Sequence record: OR836606.1
Reading direction: 5' to 3' (one strand)
DNA: 64,000 bases
Under the pieces are notes generated by a model that had not been told where the DNA came from, did not search any database, and saw nothing but the letters and a program-made list of their open reading frames with translations. Positions 39,627-51,406 of this stretch are shown here, one piece after another. A program made the translations under genes and the position numbers. The stretch's first letter is position 1, and every line of letters begins with the position of its first letter.

Positions 39627-41642
39627 TAACCAATTTCCCCCTCTAATTCTTTAATGATATCATCAGAAGCTTCAATAAGAGAAGGTAAACCATGAAACTC
39701 TTGAGCAAAAGCAACACTGTCTTGACTATTAAATTTACTTACGAATTCAGTATTAAAATCATAATTATCTTTATCTTGCTCATATTTAGGTACCGTTATT
39801 CTATCTTTATCAAGAATATTCATCTTACCTACATGTCCTTCAGGTGTTATATTAAATGCTCTAATAATAGATGGATATAGAGAACTTAAGTCAAAGTCAC
39901 AAACATTACTAAATAATCTATTAGATCTAATATCTTTACCTTTAACCAATACGTCTCCATTACGTTCGATTAACATCATATCAGCTACAAATCCGCCACG
40001 AATTTTATCAGCATTAGGATCCGATAATAATTTTGAATGATTATTGCTTAATACATATCCTTGATTTTCAAAGAATACTGAACTACGATTTCTTAAACAA
40101 ATAGTTTTCTTAAGTGCTTTACTAGGTCTTGTTCTAGTCATGTCTACAATAGAGAATAATAGATCAAACATATTAGTGTTATGTTCAATCAATGCAGCTA
40201 ATACAGTATCCTTAATATTATAAAGAATAAATGTATAGTAATCTCTAAAATGTAAATCAGAGATAGAACCTTCATATACATCTTTAGTAACTCCTGCTTC
40301 TTTTTCTCCAATATCATTTAACTTAACTGATTCCAAAGCACCATTGGGCTTATTAATATTTGCATATAACGCTAATTGGTCAATCCAATTAGTATAAGAA
40401 TTAGTCTCAAATGTAGAAGATCTATTAGCCATATCAGTAGCATTTTTATCTAATTTATAATATGCTTTTTTATCTTCAAATTCTTTAGAACAGAAATAAT
40501 CTGCAGGATTTTCTCCATTAGCTCTAATACGTTCAAATATTGCAGGAAAGTCATAATCTAGCTTTTATATTTATTAAATATAAAATAGACTATATCATAC
40601 TCATTAATATGAGTGAATATATTTAGTCGTTGAACAACTCTTATTAAGTTGATGCTGATCATTCTAAAAAGAACGTTCCAGCAATTAATATTCTTTTAAT
40701 GGAACCTATTATCAATTCCATGCAGTACATATGTCAGGCTTACTAATTTCATTAATATAATATAAGAAAGATTTAATTACTTGCATTTCTGTATCTAATT
40801 CATATATCTCAAATTCTAAACCTAAATTTTTACCAATTTCACTATTTTCATTATTATAAATTTCATTTAAGTTTTTAATTAATTTATCTTGATCTTCCAT
40901 AGTTTCTTTATAAGTGTCAGTGTCATATTTAAGAGCAAATGTTAATACTTTTTTCTTACTCCAATCCACTACAGTTATAATATTTATCTCTGCCTCAGCT
41001 TTAAGCGGGTCCGGGACAATTTGTATTAAAAGTAATACAAATTAGACTATATCTTCTTAGTAATATATTTAGTCGTTGAACATTAAATTTTTAATGATGC
41101 TGATTATCTTAATAAAGAATTTCCAGCAATTAATATTATTTTATCTGAGCTACCTTTAACCCAGTTACTTGAGATCCATCAACCTCAATATCGAATAGAC
41201 ATATATCTATACCAACTTTACTGTCTAAATTCTTTTTAATATACTCATTGATATTATAATCTTCTATATTTATATCAGAACCATGAGCATTATTTAATAA
41301 ATGGAAATCTTTTAGTTTTCTATATTCTTGCCAATTACCTGACTTCATAATTCTATCGTATTCTGCTTTATCTTGAGAATTACCAGCTTCTTTAACTACT
41401 GATTTGATAATATCTTTATGCTTACAAATAACAGTTCTTACTTTATCTTTTTCAATAGAACCTACAATTTTATTAGGAGGTAACCAATGTTCATCTTTAG
41501 TTACATAATAATGCATCATAGGATCTGTTATTTCCATATGTTTTTTAGTACCATCCTCTTCTTTAACTACCATTACTACTTTTTCTTTACCAGAAGCAGT
41601 TTCTTTTTTATTTAAATATGTTGATTTAATGAATCTTCCCAT
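39626..41642 (-). CDS. Split family-B DNA polymerase, N-part (exonuclease plus motif A), spliced, 573 aa
   Basis: Exons 41642-41159, 41016-40715 and 40561-39626 are in frame. Junctions DIEVDGSQVTG-F|PDP and TAWN|LDYDFP; motif A DFDLSSLYPSII. Confidence 0.9.
40562..40714 (-). ncRNA. In8: mini group I intron, 153 nt
   Basis: P1 AUGGAAU/GUUCCAU; core motifs; terminal G. Confidence 0.92.
41017..41158 (-). ncRNA. In9: mini group I intron, 142 nt
   Basis: P1 CUGGGU/GCUCAG; no P2; core motifs; terminal G. Confidence 0.92.
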
Positions 41643-41725
41643 TTATCAATTCCACTCCTTAATTCAAATGTTACTTTGATAATTTAAACGTTATCTAGAA
41701 TTTGTAAAAAATTAAAATATAAATT

Positions 41726-41755
41726 GCCAAACATTCTAATTTAAGAATGTTTGGC
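41726..41755 (-). terminator. Hairpin terminator
   Basis: GCCAAACATTCT / AGAATGTTTGGC. Confidence 0.7.
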
Positions 41756-41763
41756 TTATTAAA

Positions 41764-41919
41764 TTAAATAAACAATGGTTCTTCCATAAAAGAATCCTCA
41801 GCAGTATCAACTTCATCTTGTTTATAAATTGTCTTATTTAAAAATAATTTAGTGGCTATTGTTGAAGATATAAATAATATAATTGATATAAAAATGATTA
41901 ATAATTTCTTTTTATTCAT
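41764..41919 (-). CDS. Small single-pass membrane protein, 51 aa (not in the ORF track)
   Basis: MNKKKLLIIFISIILFISSTIATKLFL...; GAGGAG RBS. Confidence 0.65.
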   Translation of the reverse strand: MNKKKLLIIFISIILFISSTIATKLFLNKTIYKQDEVDTAEDSFMEEPLFI

Positions 41920-41958
41920 AGAATTTCATCTCTCCTCTAGATATAAAATAAAGTCTTT

Positions 41959-42156
41959 TTAGAAAAATGTATTTTTAACATTTAGCATTTCAATTCGTTT
42001 ATTAACGATATTAATATCCTTTTGAATTTCTTCTAATTTATCTTTATCAGGGCCATTAGTATGATGTGCTCCATTATTTAATATAATTTGGTAGTGTAAT
42101 TTATTAAATCTTTGAACTAATTTCATTTCATCTAATTTGTTTGTTTTATTTAACAT
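41959..42156 (-). CDS. Small hypothetical protein
   Basis: 65-aa ORF with RBS. Confidence 0.6.
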   Translation of the reverse strand: MLNKTNKLDEMKLVQRFNKLHYQIILNNGAHHTNGPDKDKLEEIQKDINIVNKRIEMLNVKNTFF

Positions 42157-42171
42157 ATTATCATCTTATCC

Positions 42172-44907
42172 TTAATTTACTTTAAATAATACATTTTTGC
42201 CTTGCATCATTTCTTTATCATTAATGTCAATTTTACTTTCATAACCTTTAAGTAAAATTAAATCAATATCAGCGCTATAGAATTCATCGTTATGACTAAT
42301 TAAAAATACCTGTTCAAGACCCATTAACTCAATTTGCCTGTCTATCACATCAACAAATCTTCTTCGGTTATGAGAATCTAATGTACTATCCATTTCATCT
42401 AAGTAAAGAATATTATAATCTTGAGAAACTTTATTTAATAATGATAATGATAAGCTAATATTAGTTAAAGCTGTTTCTCCTTGGGAAGCTTCTTTAATAT
42501 CTTTAAGCTCAGTTCCATTACCTTTATATACATTGATAAAGAAATCTTTATCTGTCAAATCAAAATCAATTTTAAATGAATTATTATAAGCTACTGAAAG
42601 TAATTCATTAGTACTTACTGCAATATCTTTAAGATAGTTAGTAATGAATATTAATGGTATAGAGTCTTTCTTAGGATTTAATGAATCTACCACCATATTA
42701 TATTTCCATAATACTGATTCAATTTCATCAATCTTAGTAATAATAGAATTAACTGCAAAATATTTTTCTTTAGTGGATTCTAAATCATTTTTCTTCATAG
42801 TTAAATTATCTTTAATAGATTGAATCTTATTATCTGCTTTCTGATTAAGTTCATACAAATTGCTTAGTTTTGAAAGATCTTTATCAATATCATTAACTAT
42901 ATCATTTTTATCTTTAATTTTTGATTTAATTTCTTCAGATTTCTCTGTTAAATTAATAAATTCATTAATAATATTTAAGTTAGTGATTGCTTTTTCTTTA
43001 CGACCATTAAGGTAATTAAGATTCTCAGAAATTTCATTATTTTTATTTTTAATTTCTTCAATTTGTTTAATTAAATCTTCTTTATCTTCTTTATATTGAT
43101 CTAATATTTTCTTATTAGAATAATCTTCTTTAAGAGCATTTTCTTTTCTTTCTAATTCAATAGTCAATTTATCTCTATTAGTTTCATTAGTACGAATTTC
43201 ATTTGTCTTTTCAATTAATGAATTAAGACTATTTAGTTCACTAGAGAATGTATTGCCATTAGTAAATATTTCTTCAATACTATCAATATTAATTATTTCA
43301 AACCCAATATATTTAATTAAACTATTTCTACTAGTAAGTATATCATTGAATTTACGTGATAAGTCAATATGATTAGATAATAGTTTATTATCTTTTTCTA
43401 ATTCTTGATTATTTTTATAAAGTTGATTACCTTTATTTTCTAATTCAGAAATTGAATCAAATTCATTATCTTTAAAATCAGCTACTAAAGGAACAAATAC
43501 ACATTCATTATAGTGTTCATGATCTTTTTGTTCCAATATTTTTAATAAGTCTGATTTACCTTTAATTTGATTAAGCTTAGTATTAATTTCATTAAATTCA
43601 TTCTGGTTCATAGAAATTTTTTCATTATTACCTTTAATTTCTCTTTCAAAATCTCCATGAATAGAATTATATTTGAATTCATTATCATTAATGAATTCTT
43701 TAAAGTTATTTATTTTAGAAATTAAATCATTTACATATAATCTTAATGAATCTTCTTTAATATTATCTTTAATCTGTAATCCGAATTCACTTACAAAAGA
43801 CCCTCTAGAAATATCTACATCCTCTTTAATACCTTCTAAATCTTCTTTATACCCTTCAAGAATTGAATCAATTTCATCAGAAGCATCATAATCTTCATTA
43901 AACTTAATAGCATTCATACGAGATTCTATTTTAGATTTTCTACTAATTAAATCATCTAATTTATCTTGATTATTTTCTTTATCTTTTTCAACAGAAGTTA
44001 ACTCGTTATTAGTGTTATTTAATATAGTATCTATTTTATCTTTTTTATCATTAGCAGATTCAATAGTATATTTATTTAAATTCTCATTATCTTCTTTTAA
44101 TTTTCTTTCTTTTTCTAATTTTTGATTAAGTTCATTAATTTCATTAATTAATTGATTTTTATATTCAGTTGGATGAATCTCTTTGTATTTATCTTCCATA
44201 ATAGAGTTCATCTTAGTTTCATGAGTTGTTTTATCTTTATTAGCTTCATCAAGTTCATCCTGTAATTGATCAATTAAAGTTTCTAAATTCTCTTTTTCTT
44301 TTTTAATTTCATCAAATTCTTTATATTTATCTAAATCAAATCTAAGTGATTTTAAATCTTTAGTAATAACTCTTAATTTCTCATTAGCTACTTTATAAGC
44401 TTCTAAGTATCTATCAATGTTAGGTACAAATTTATTAATATATGATTTACGATCACCTGTAGTATAATCGATAAAGTTTGATACATTATCGCCTAAACGT
44501 CCTACAGTAAAGTATTCTTTAGATACACCTAATTCTTTATCTACTATTTCATTAAATAATTTAATGCCACCATTTTCATTGAGTTCTTCACCATTCTTCT
44601 TAATGAATGATTTATTTTGAGAACTATTTTTTCCATAGTGATGTTTAATTTCATAAAGATCATTATCTTTAATATAATCAATTTCTTTTAATCCTTTTTC
44701 ATTTTCTATGATAATATCTCTTCTTTGGTCATTAGATTCTCTATAAGGACTTAATTGAGAGAGTATGACAGTTTTTGAGCTTCCATTATCTCCAAGAAGC
44801 ATTATCATATTATTTTTACTTTTACTAAAATCAATTTCAACTTCTTTTAATCCCATACCAGCATAAATGCCGATAAAATTCTTTAACTTTAATCTTTTAA
44901 TCTTCAT
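42172..44907 (-). CDS. sbcC: SbcC/Rad50-like SMC ATPase (T4 gp46-like)
   Basis: GDNGSSKT Walker A, long coiled coil, SQGE signature, YLDEMDSTLD, ISH. Confidence 0.9.
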   Translation of the reverse strand: MKIKRLKLKNFIGIYAGMGLKEVEIDFSKSKNNMIMLLGDNGSSKTVILSQLSPYRESNDQRRDIIIENEKGLKEIDYIKDNDLYEIKHHYGKNSSQNKSFIKKNGEELNENGGIKLFNEIVDKELGVSKEYFTVGRLGDNVSNFIDYTTGDRKSYINKFVPNIDRYLEAYKVANEKLRVITKDLKSLRFDLDKYKEFDEIKKEKENLETLIDQLQDELDEANKDKTTHETKMNSIMEDKYKEIHPTEYKNQLINEINELNQKLEKERKLKEDNENLNKYTIESANDKKDKIDTILNNTNNELTSVEKDKENNQDKLDDLISRKSKIESRMNAIKFNEDYDASDEIDSILEGYKEDLEGIKEDVDISRGSFVSEFGLQIKDNIKEDSLRLYVNDLISKINNFKEFINDNEFKYNSIHGDFEREIKGNNEKISMNQNEFNEINTKLNQIKGKSDLLKILEQKDHEHYNECVFVPLVADFKDNEFDSISELENKGNQLYKNNQELEKDNKLLSNHIDLSRKFNDILTSRNSLIKYIGFEIINIDSIEEIFTNGNTFSSELNSLNSLIEKTNEIRTNETNRDKLTIELERKENALKEDYSNKKILDQYKEDKEDLIKQIEEIKNKNNEISENLNYLNGRKEKAITNLNIINEFINLTEKSEEIKSKIKDKNDIVNDIDKDLSKLSNLYELNQKADNKIQSIKDNLTMKKNDLESTKEKYFAVNSIITKIDEIESVLWKYNMVVDSLNPKKDSIPLIFITNYLKDIAVSTNELLSVAYNNSFKIDFDLTDKDFFINVYKGNGTELKDIKEASQGETALTNISLSLSLLNKVSQDYNILYLDEMDSTLDSHNRRRFVDVIDRQIELMGLEQVFLISHNDEFYSADIDLILLKGYESKIDINDKEMMQGKNVLFKVN

Positions 44908-44963
44908 TATCCAGTTTCAACTCCTATTGATAAATATATTTCCGTTATTATAAATTTTTAATT

Positions 44964-45764
44964 TTATTTAAAATTATTTTTCACTAAATATTCTCTAACA
45001 AATTTTTCATCGGTAATTTCTTCAAATATATCATCTAAATCATCTTCAAAAATATTTATTTTATAACTATGATGATTATTATTAATAACATCATAATCAT
45101 AAACATTTAGCATATCTAAAAAAGAGGCTTTAGAAAAGAAAAATTCAATATTAAAATGATGTCTTAATGATTTTAATAAAATAAGATAATTATTAAAGAT
45201 ATCTTTAATTAAATTCTTAAAATCATCATGGTGCTTTATATTTTGATCTTGAATTTCATTTAATAATTTTTCAAGATTGTCAACTAATATCATTCGTTTT
45301 ATTTCTATTTCATCTTCTTCGTTTAAAATATCTTTTATAATACTATTAAATAAAATTTTATCAATTTTATTTTTTATAGGTTTGATTGTAAATAGTATTT
45401 TATCATTAACACTATTTTTATCTATACTAAAAATAGATTTAGTAGAATCTCTTTTAAATTTAAAATCTGCAATAGTTATAAGTGTTTCAAATGAATTTTT
45501 ATTATTAACATTGTAAAGAACAGGAGGTAGACATCTTGGTAAAAATTTTAAATTGCCTTTAATTGCATTATCTTCTTTTTTATAATGAACATCTATTGCA
45601 AGAGTTTCATATGAATCTTCTTCAGTCTGATTAATTATTTTTTCAGCTATTATTAAAGGTAAATAGTCATATAAAAATGAACCTCTATTATTCTTATCAA
45701 CTTCAAATAATTCATCATTTATTTTACATAAGAAATATTTTTTATCACTTTTCATTGCACCCAT
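44964..45764 (-). CDS. Paralog family member (C-terminal FEEITDEK..YLVKNNFK)
   Basis: Terminal motifs shared with seven other ORFs. Confidence 0.8.
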   Translation of the reverse strand: MGAMKSDKKYFLCKINDELFEVDKNNRGSFLYDYLPLIIAEKIINQTEEDSYETLAIDVHYKKEDNAIKGNLKFLPRCLPPVLYNVNNKNSFETLITIADFKFKRDSTKSIFSIDKNSVNDKILFTIKPIKNKIDKILFNSIIKDILNEEDEIEIKRMILVDNLEKLLNEIQDQNIKHHDDFKNLIKDIFNNYLILLKSLRHHFNIEFFFSKASFLDMLNVYDYDVINNNHHSYKINIFEDDLDDIFEEITDEKFVREYLVKNNFK

Positions 45765-45778
45765 TATATTGATCTCCT

Positions 45779-46558
45779 TTATTTAAAATTATTTTTCACT
45801 AAATATTCTTTAATAACTTTCTCATCTGTAATTTCTTCAAATACTCCAGATATTTTATATTCATCAAACAAATTATAATATTCATCATCTATATCATCAT
45901 TATTTCTTTTATCATTCTCTGGTATGTGCGAGAAACAACTATCTGATACAAAGAATTCTATATCAAAATGTGATCGGATTTGTGATAAAATTTCTAATAT
46001 ATAACTATTTACTTCGGTTAATATTTGGTATAAATCTTTATTATTTTTAAAATTAGTTTCTTTACTATTATTATAATCTGATATTAGATTTTCAGGACTT
46101 TCTATAGGTAAATTAAAAGGTATTTTTAAGATATTATCATTATCTAATATATTACCAATGACATTATTGAAAAATATTGAAGTTACATCTGGATTATATA
46201 TGGGTTCAATTCTAATTTTCAAACAATTTTTATTTTCTATTTTTTCATTGAATATAATATCAAAATCAATATTAAGTATATTTATTCCTTCTTTATTACC
46301 AACCTTATATTCTAAAAATGGAAAAATATTGCCAACTGATATAATTCCTGACCATAAATTATTTCCATTACTATCTTCACCCACAATCTCTTCAGAAAAT
46401 ATATCTATTTCTTCACTTTTTATTTGTAAATTAGGAAGTAAATAAGGTAGATATAAATGATCTTCATTTATACCATATCTAGATAAGTTATTAACTATAA
46501 ATAACTCATCTGTCATTTTACTTAAAAAATATGTTTTATCACTTTTATTTATACTCAT
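45779..46558 (-). CDS. Paralog family member
   Basis: N-terminal YFLSKMTDELFIV; C-terminal FEEITDEKVIKEYLVKNNFK. Confidence 0.8.
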   Translation of the reverse strand: MSINKSDKTYFLSKMTDELFIVNNLSRYGINEDHLYLPYLLPNLQIKSEEIDIFSEEIVGEDSNGNNLWSGIISVGNIFPFLEYKVGNKEGINILNIDFDIIFNEKIENKNCLKIRIEPIYNPDVTSIFFNNVIGNILDNDNILKIPFNLPIESPENLISDYNNSKETNFKNNKDLYQILTEVNSYILEILSQIRSHFDIEFFVSDSCFSHIPENDKRNNDDIDDEYYNLFDEYKISGVFEEITDEKVIKEYLVKNNFK

Positions 46559-46574
46559 TAAATTGATCCCTCTT

Positions 46575-47279
46575 TTATTTAAAATTATTTTTCACTAAGT
46601 ATTTTTTAATAACTTTTTCATCTTTAATTTCTTCAAATAATCCAGATTCATTAAGTAAAAATTTATAATCAAATATAGAAAATGATGTGTCTTCGTGTTT
46701 TTCCATTTTTGTATATATTCCTGTCATAAAATATGCTAACTCTGATTTCCTAACATTTAATTTTAAATTTCCATAACTCATTAAATCCATAATATAATTT
46801 AAAAGAGTTTTATTAAATTCTTTGACTAGTAATTCTAATCCTTCAAAATTTTCAATAGTGTGCCTTATAGTATCACTTAAGATTAAGTATTTTCCATCTT
46901 CTCTATTTTCTATTTCGTAAATAAAAGATTCTTCTGGAAAATCTTTTTTAAATATTCCTCCATCTAGAATAGAATTAAATTCTAAATTAAAATCTGTTTT
47001 GCAAATTTTTAAATTTCTTACATAATCATTACTTATTATATTAGAATTTTGTTTGATTTTAACTACTTTATCATTAAAAAGAGAATAGGTTAAAGAAAGT
47101 TCAGATCGGTAATTAAGATATCCAGGGTCTTTATTCAAATTCTCATTTTTATTAATATATTTCATACACATTTTAGTAAATATTTCAGTCAATTTATCTA
47201 TACGAAAGTCAGTTCTATCTATATCGAAGTGAAGTATTTCTCCATCTAATTTATATCTATAGTAATTATTATATTCCAT
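46575..47279 (-). CDS. Paralog family member
   Basis: C-terminal FEEIKDEKVIKKYLVKNNFK. Confidence 0.8.
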   Translation of the reverse strand: MEYNNYYRYKLDGEILHFDIDRTDFRIDKLTEIFTKMCMKYINKNENLNKDPGYLNYRSELSLTYSLFNDKVVKIKQNSNIISNDYVRNLKICKTDFNLEFNSILDGGIFKKDFPEESFIYEIENREDGKYLILSDTIRHTIENFEGLELLVKEFNKTLLNYIMDLMSYGNLKLNVRKSELAYFMTGIYTKMEKHEDTSFSIFDYKFLLNESGLFEEIKDEKVIKKYLVKNNFK

Positions 47280-47300
47280 TATGAAAATCCTTTCTTTATA

Positions 47301-48110
47301 TTATTTAAATCCTTTTCTAACTTTAAACGCTTTCATTTCTTTTTCTGTTTTAATTTCTTTAAATAAATTATTTTCATCACTTTCTATTAAATCTAATATA
47401 TTAACTAAACCATAATTTTCATTATAAAAATCAATATAAAATTCTATATCATCTTTATACATATATTTAATTTCATAAAGAGACATTAATATACTAAGAT
47501 TATTCTGGTATAATATGATAAAGAATAAATCCTTAAAATCTTCTATAAATTTAATAATAGGATTTTTATCAAATGCTGATATTGGAAAACTTAAATCCAT
47601 AAATGGTTCATTGCCATATTTGATCTCATATAAATTCTTTTCAAACAATTCAATATTATTTACAAGAGCTCTCATTTTTTCATTTATTCCTTCATTAACC
47701 AAATTATTTTCATTTACTAAATCATTAGTAATTACATTGAAATATTCTTTATATAATGAATTATCAAAATGAAAATCTAATTTAAATTCTCCACTTTCAA
47801 TAGTTTCAATTTTATTCATTCTAGCAATATTAAAATTAATATGAAAATTAGTATTAAATTTTTTAAGAGTATCATTTTTATTATGTGTATTTCTAAAATA
47901 AATATCGCTATCAATTTCTTTATAATGAAAAATCATATAATCTTCTTCTTTAGAAATATTATCTATGAAAGATTTAGCATATCCTTTGCTACTTAAAAGA
48001 TTATTAATATCCATAGTAGTTAATACGTATGCAATATATTCATATCGGTTAAGATAATTTCTATCAATTTCAATTAATTCATCTCTCTCTTTATCTATAA
48101 AATATTTCAT
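47301..48110 (-). CDS. Paralog family member (start revised to ATG 48110)
   Basis: MKYFIDKERDELIEI...FKEIKTEKEMKAFKVRKGFK; AAAGGA RBS. Confidence 0.75.
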   Translation of the reverse strand: MKYFIDKERDELIEIDRNYLNRYEYIAYVLTTMDINNLLSSKGYAKSFIDNISKEEDYMIFHYKEIDSDIYFRNTHNKNDTLKKFNTNFHINFNIARMNKIETIESGEFKLDFHFDNSLYKEYFNVITNDLVNENNLVNEGINEKMRALVNNIELFEKNLYEIKYGNEPFMDLSFPISAFDKNPIIKFIEDFKDLFFIILYQNNLSILMSLYEIKYMYKDDIEFYIDFYNENYGLVNILDLIESDENNLFKEIKTEKEMKAFKVRKGFK

Positions 48111-48111
48111 A

Positions 48112-48888
48112 TTAGGAAAATCCTTTCTTAACTTTAAATTTTTTAATTTCTTTCTCATCAGTTATTTCTCTAAAATATGCATCAACATCAAAATCATTTA
48201 AACTAATATACTTATCATATTCTTTTTCAAAACTAAAATCTTTTTCTTTTTCCCTTTCTTTACCACTAAAATTCCAATCTGTTGCAATAAGAAATTCAAT
48301 ATCTGAATGATCTTGTATCTGATCTAGCAATTCAAAAATTAATTTATTTGTAGTAGTAAACATCTTGTGTAAATCTTCCTTGAGTTCTAAAGGTCTTTTT
48401 CCCTTTTGTATATGACTTTTAAAATATTTTAAAAAGCGAATCATAACTTCTTCATTAAAGTCATGCGGTAAATCTAGTTCACCATTATCATCAAATATAC
48501 CAGATCTTTTACTAAATAATCTCTTCCCTATTTCACTATTATTATATAAAGGAATAGCTTTAAACTTAATATAATTATCGTCTTCTTCATTTAGACTAAA
48601 GCGTATTATAGCGTATATAAGAAGTTCCATTTTATTTTTCTTACCTTTATATTTGTATTTAACTTTGGGGAAAGCATTAAAATTTATTCTAAGACCAACT
48701 AAACCATTGTCATCATGTTCTTCATGAGATATAAGAAAACTCTCATTATAATTTATTTGCATTGTAGTGAATAGCTCACTTAAAACTTTCCACTTAAAGT
48801 CAAAATAGAGTGTTTCATTTTCATTGAAAGTTAATTCTATAAATTCATCTTTCGATTTACTAATGTAGTATTTGTTAATTTTCTCCAT
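48112..48888 (-). CDS. Paralog family member
   Basis: YYISKSKDEFIEL...FREITDEKEIKKFKVKKGFS. Confidence 0.8.
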   Translation of the reverse strand: MEKINKYYISKSKDEFIELTFNENETLYFDFKWKVLSELFTTMQINYNESFLISHEEHDDNGLVGLRINFNAFPKVKYKYKGKKNKMELLIYAIIRFSLNEEDDNYIKFKAIPLYNNSEIGKRLFSKRSGIFDDNGELDLPHDFNEEVMIRFLKYFKSHIQKGKRPLELKEDLHKMFTTTNKLIFELLDQIQDHSDIEFLIATDWNFSGKEREKEKDFSFEKEYDKYISLNDFDVDAYFREITDEKEIKKFKVKKGFS

Positions 48889-48992
48889 TTACTTAACTCC
48901 TTTTATTATAATAATCCCAATACTAATTTAATAGTATTGGGATAACATTTTTATAATATATATTTATTCTAATTTTCAGAATTAGGCGATAC

Positions 48993-49370
48993 TTAACTAT
49001 TTTCCATTTCTTCACGTTGTCTTTTTAATCTATCAAGAACTTCTTTTTCTTCTACATTTTGATTTAATTCTGGTTCAATTAATAATTCTTTTTCTTTCAT
49101 ATCTTCTAATATATTTAATCCTTTTCCAAACTCTGGAGATTCATTAGGAGGATTAAATCTATTGTGTTTATTATCATAGAAATTTAATTTAACTAGATCT
49201 GAATTAGGTTCAATAACTACCTCAGCTTCTATGAATAAAATATCATAAGGGTCAGTGACACGTTTTCTATATAGCAAAGCTTTAGTATAAGAATCTTTTT
49301 TAAATCCATAATCTCTTAATTCTTGTTTAATATTTTCTTTACTTAAGTTTAATTTGTATTCTGATAACAT
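48993..49370 (-). CDS. Hypothetical protein
   Basis: 125-aa ORF with GGAG RBS. Confidence 0.7.
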   Translation of the reverse strand: MLSEYKLNLSKENIKQELRDYGFKKDSYTKALLYRKRVTDPYDILFIEAEVVIEPNSDLVKLNFYDNKHNRFNPPNESPEFGKGLNILEDMKEKELLIEPELNQNVEEKEVLDRLKRQREEMENS

Positions 49371-49504
49371 TACTTATTGCACTCCTTTTCATTGTATTCA
49401 TGAACTTCATTAAGATGTCTATGGTCATGATAAATAAACATGCAATCTTCTAATTTAGGTTCATATCTCTTTTTAGTTAATAATTCATATAATCTTTTTA
49501 ACAT
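49370..49504 (-). CDS. Small hypothetical protein, 44 aa (not in the ORF track)
   Basis: MLKRLYELLTKKRYEPKLEDC...; GGAGG RBS; fills the gap in the operon. Confidence 0.55.
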   Translation of the reverse strand: MLKRLYELLTKKRYEPKLEDCMFIYHDHRHLNEVHEYNEKECNK

Positions 49505-49519
49505 GATAAACCTCCTTCC

Positions 49520-49861
49520 TTAAAATGATACGTGTAGAAATATATAAAAATCATTCTTAACTCTATCAATTTTATATATTTCTGACATAAGAGCATGATA
49601 ATAAGATAAATCATAATAAAAGTTATCTTCTTTTAAGTCATCAATCATTAGATCTCTTAAAGTTTCATTATCTATAACAATAATATCATCATGCGGAACT
49701 TTTGATTTAAACTTTAATGTTTTATAAAGTTCTTTAGGTGTATTAAAATATAATTCAAATAAATGGTTATCTTCTTTTTTATATCGTTCTTGATCAAGAT
49801 ACCATTGTAAATCTCTTTGTTTACTTTTATTAATTCCGTATATACTTAAACTAAATTCCAT
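49520..49861 (-). CDS. Hypothetical protein
   Basis: 113-aa ORF with RBS. Confidence 0.7.
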   Translation of the reverse strand: MEFSLSIYGINKSKQRDLQWYLDQERYKKEDNHLFELYFNTPKELYKTLKFKSKVPHDDIIVIDNETLRDLMIDDLKEDNFYYDLSYYHALMSEIYKIDRVKNDFYIFLHVSF

Positions 49862-49915
49862 ATTCTCTCCTCCGATATAATATAGCTCCGTAATACATTA
49901 TAGAGATAAAATTAA

Positions 49916-50695
49916 TTAAAATTCAGCTTTTTGATATAAGTTTCCGAATTCATCTTTAACTATATCATCTCTGCCCTCAACTTCTTCAAATACTAAATCT
50001 CTGGTCATGGTAAATAATTCTGGGTATTCTTCTTGAAGTTCATCTTCTTCAATAATATTCATATCCATATCAGCAACTACTAATTCATATTCTTCAGGAG
50101 AATCCCCTAAAACAAAGAATTGTAGTGAACCTTTATAGACTTTTAATATAGAAGATAAATCTTGTTGATCTAATTCATTAATTTCTTGACTCAATTCTTC
50201 TTTTCGATCCAATTCTTTATTAATAGATTTTTCTTCTTCATCCAATTGTAATAATTTTGCGTCTAATTCTTCTCTAAAATCATTGTCTTCATCATTTACT
50301 TCTTCAGGTTCCATCATACTGTCTAGAATGTCTTTATTAGACATTGTATTAAGTTGATTAAGTACATTCTTAGCAAGCTCTTTATAATTATCTTCTGATT
50401 CATCATCAATAGACATTTTCTGAGCTTTCATAGTTAAGTCTATAATATCTTTCTTAACATTTTTCATTTGCATAATAGTATCTTTAATTTCTTTCTCTAC
50501 ACTAATAATGTTAGCTTCCATATTAGATACAAATGTATGTTTAGGATATTTCAGATTCTTAGTTAGATCCATTATACGATGTTCTAATTGAACTTCTTTC
50601 TTTTCCATTTTATCCTTAAATTTTACTAGCATTTTATATTCTTCCATCATATCATTAATTTGTGATATCAAATCAATTTCAACATTATCGGACAT
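49916..50695 (-). CDS. Acidic coiled-coil hypothetical protein
   Basis: 259-aa ORF. Confidence 0.7.
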   Translation of the reverse strand: MSDNVEIDLISQINDMMEEYKMLVKFKDKMEKKEVQLEHRIMDLTKNLKYPKHTFVSNMEANIISVEKEIKDTIMQMKNVKKDIIDLTMKAQKMSIDDESEDNYKELAKNVLNQLNTMSNKDILDSMMEPEEVNDEDNDFREELDAKLLQLDEEEKSINKELDRKEELSQEINELDQQDLSSILKVYKGSLQFFVLGDSPEEYELVVADMDMNIIEEDELQEEYPELFTMTRDLVFEEVEGRDDIVKDEFGNLYQKAEF

Positions 50696-50751
50696 TTATT
50701 TTTTCAACTCACTTCCATCATATTAATTAATATAAAAGAAAGTTAATTAAA

Positions 50752-51390
50752 TTATTTAAAATTTTCTTTAACCGCTAACTTTTTTATTTCTTTTTCATCT
50801 TCTACCTTTTCTAAAATCTCATAAAGTTCATTAAAAGTATATTCATTTAAAATTAAATCTTTTCTAAATTCTTGACTGGTTATGAAATCGACATTATCTT
50901 TTTTTGAATTAACTGTGTATACTAATAAACTTATATCTTTTTCGTTATTAAAAAGATTAACTATATTTGAAATTAATTCGTATTCTATATTATTTATATT
51001 TTCAATTTGAATATAAGTTACATATGAAAATACATTACCGCTAATTAAAGTTTTAAAAGGTCCTATATTTTTACATTCTTTATCAATATTACGTAATAAT
51101 GAAAATACAAAATATAATTCAAAACAACCATTACCTTTATCAGTTATATCTATATAAAAACCTCTAGTTCTATAATAGGTATTTTTGTCCTTTATCAAAA
51201 TACCATCATTTCTTAACGAAAATGAGCCATTTTCATCTATCTTATTTTTAATATTGTTAGAATTAAATAACTCTTTAAATAATTCAATATTTAATTCTTC
51301 TTTACTAGTATCTTTTTTAACGGAAACTATGTCACCTCTATCATCAATCTTATAAAAATCATGATTTTTGATATATTGATTTATACTCAT
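50752..51390 (-). CDS. Paralog family member
   Basis: C-terminal LEKVEDEKEIKKLAVKENFK. Confidence 0.8.
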   Translation of the reverse strand: MSINQYIKNHDFYKIDDRGDIVSVKKDTSKEELNIELFKELFNSNNIKNKIDENGSFSLRNDGILIKDKNTYYRTRGFYIDITDKGNGCFELYFVFSLLRNIDKECKNIGPFKTLISGNVFSYVTYIQIENINNIEYELISNIVNLFNNEKDISLLVYTVNSKKDNVDFITSQEFRKDLILNEYTFNELYEILEKVEDEKEIKKLAVKENFK

Positions 51391-51406
51391 TAAGTTATTC
51401 TCCTTT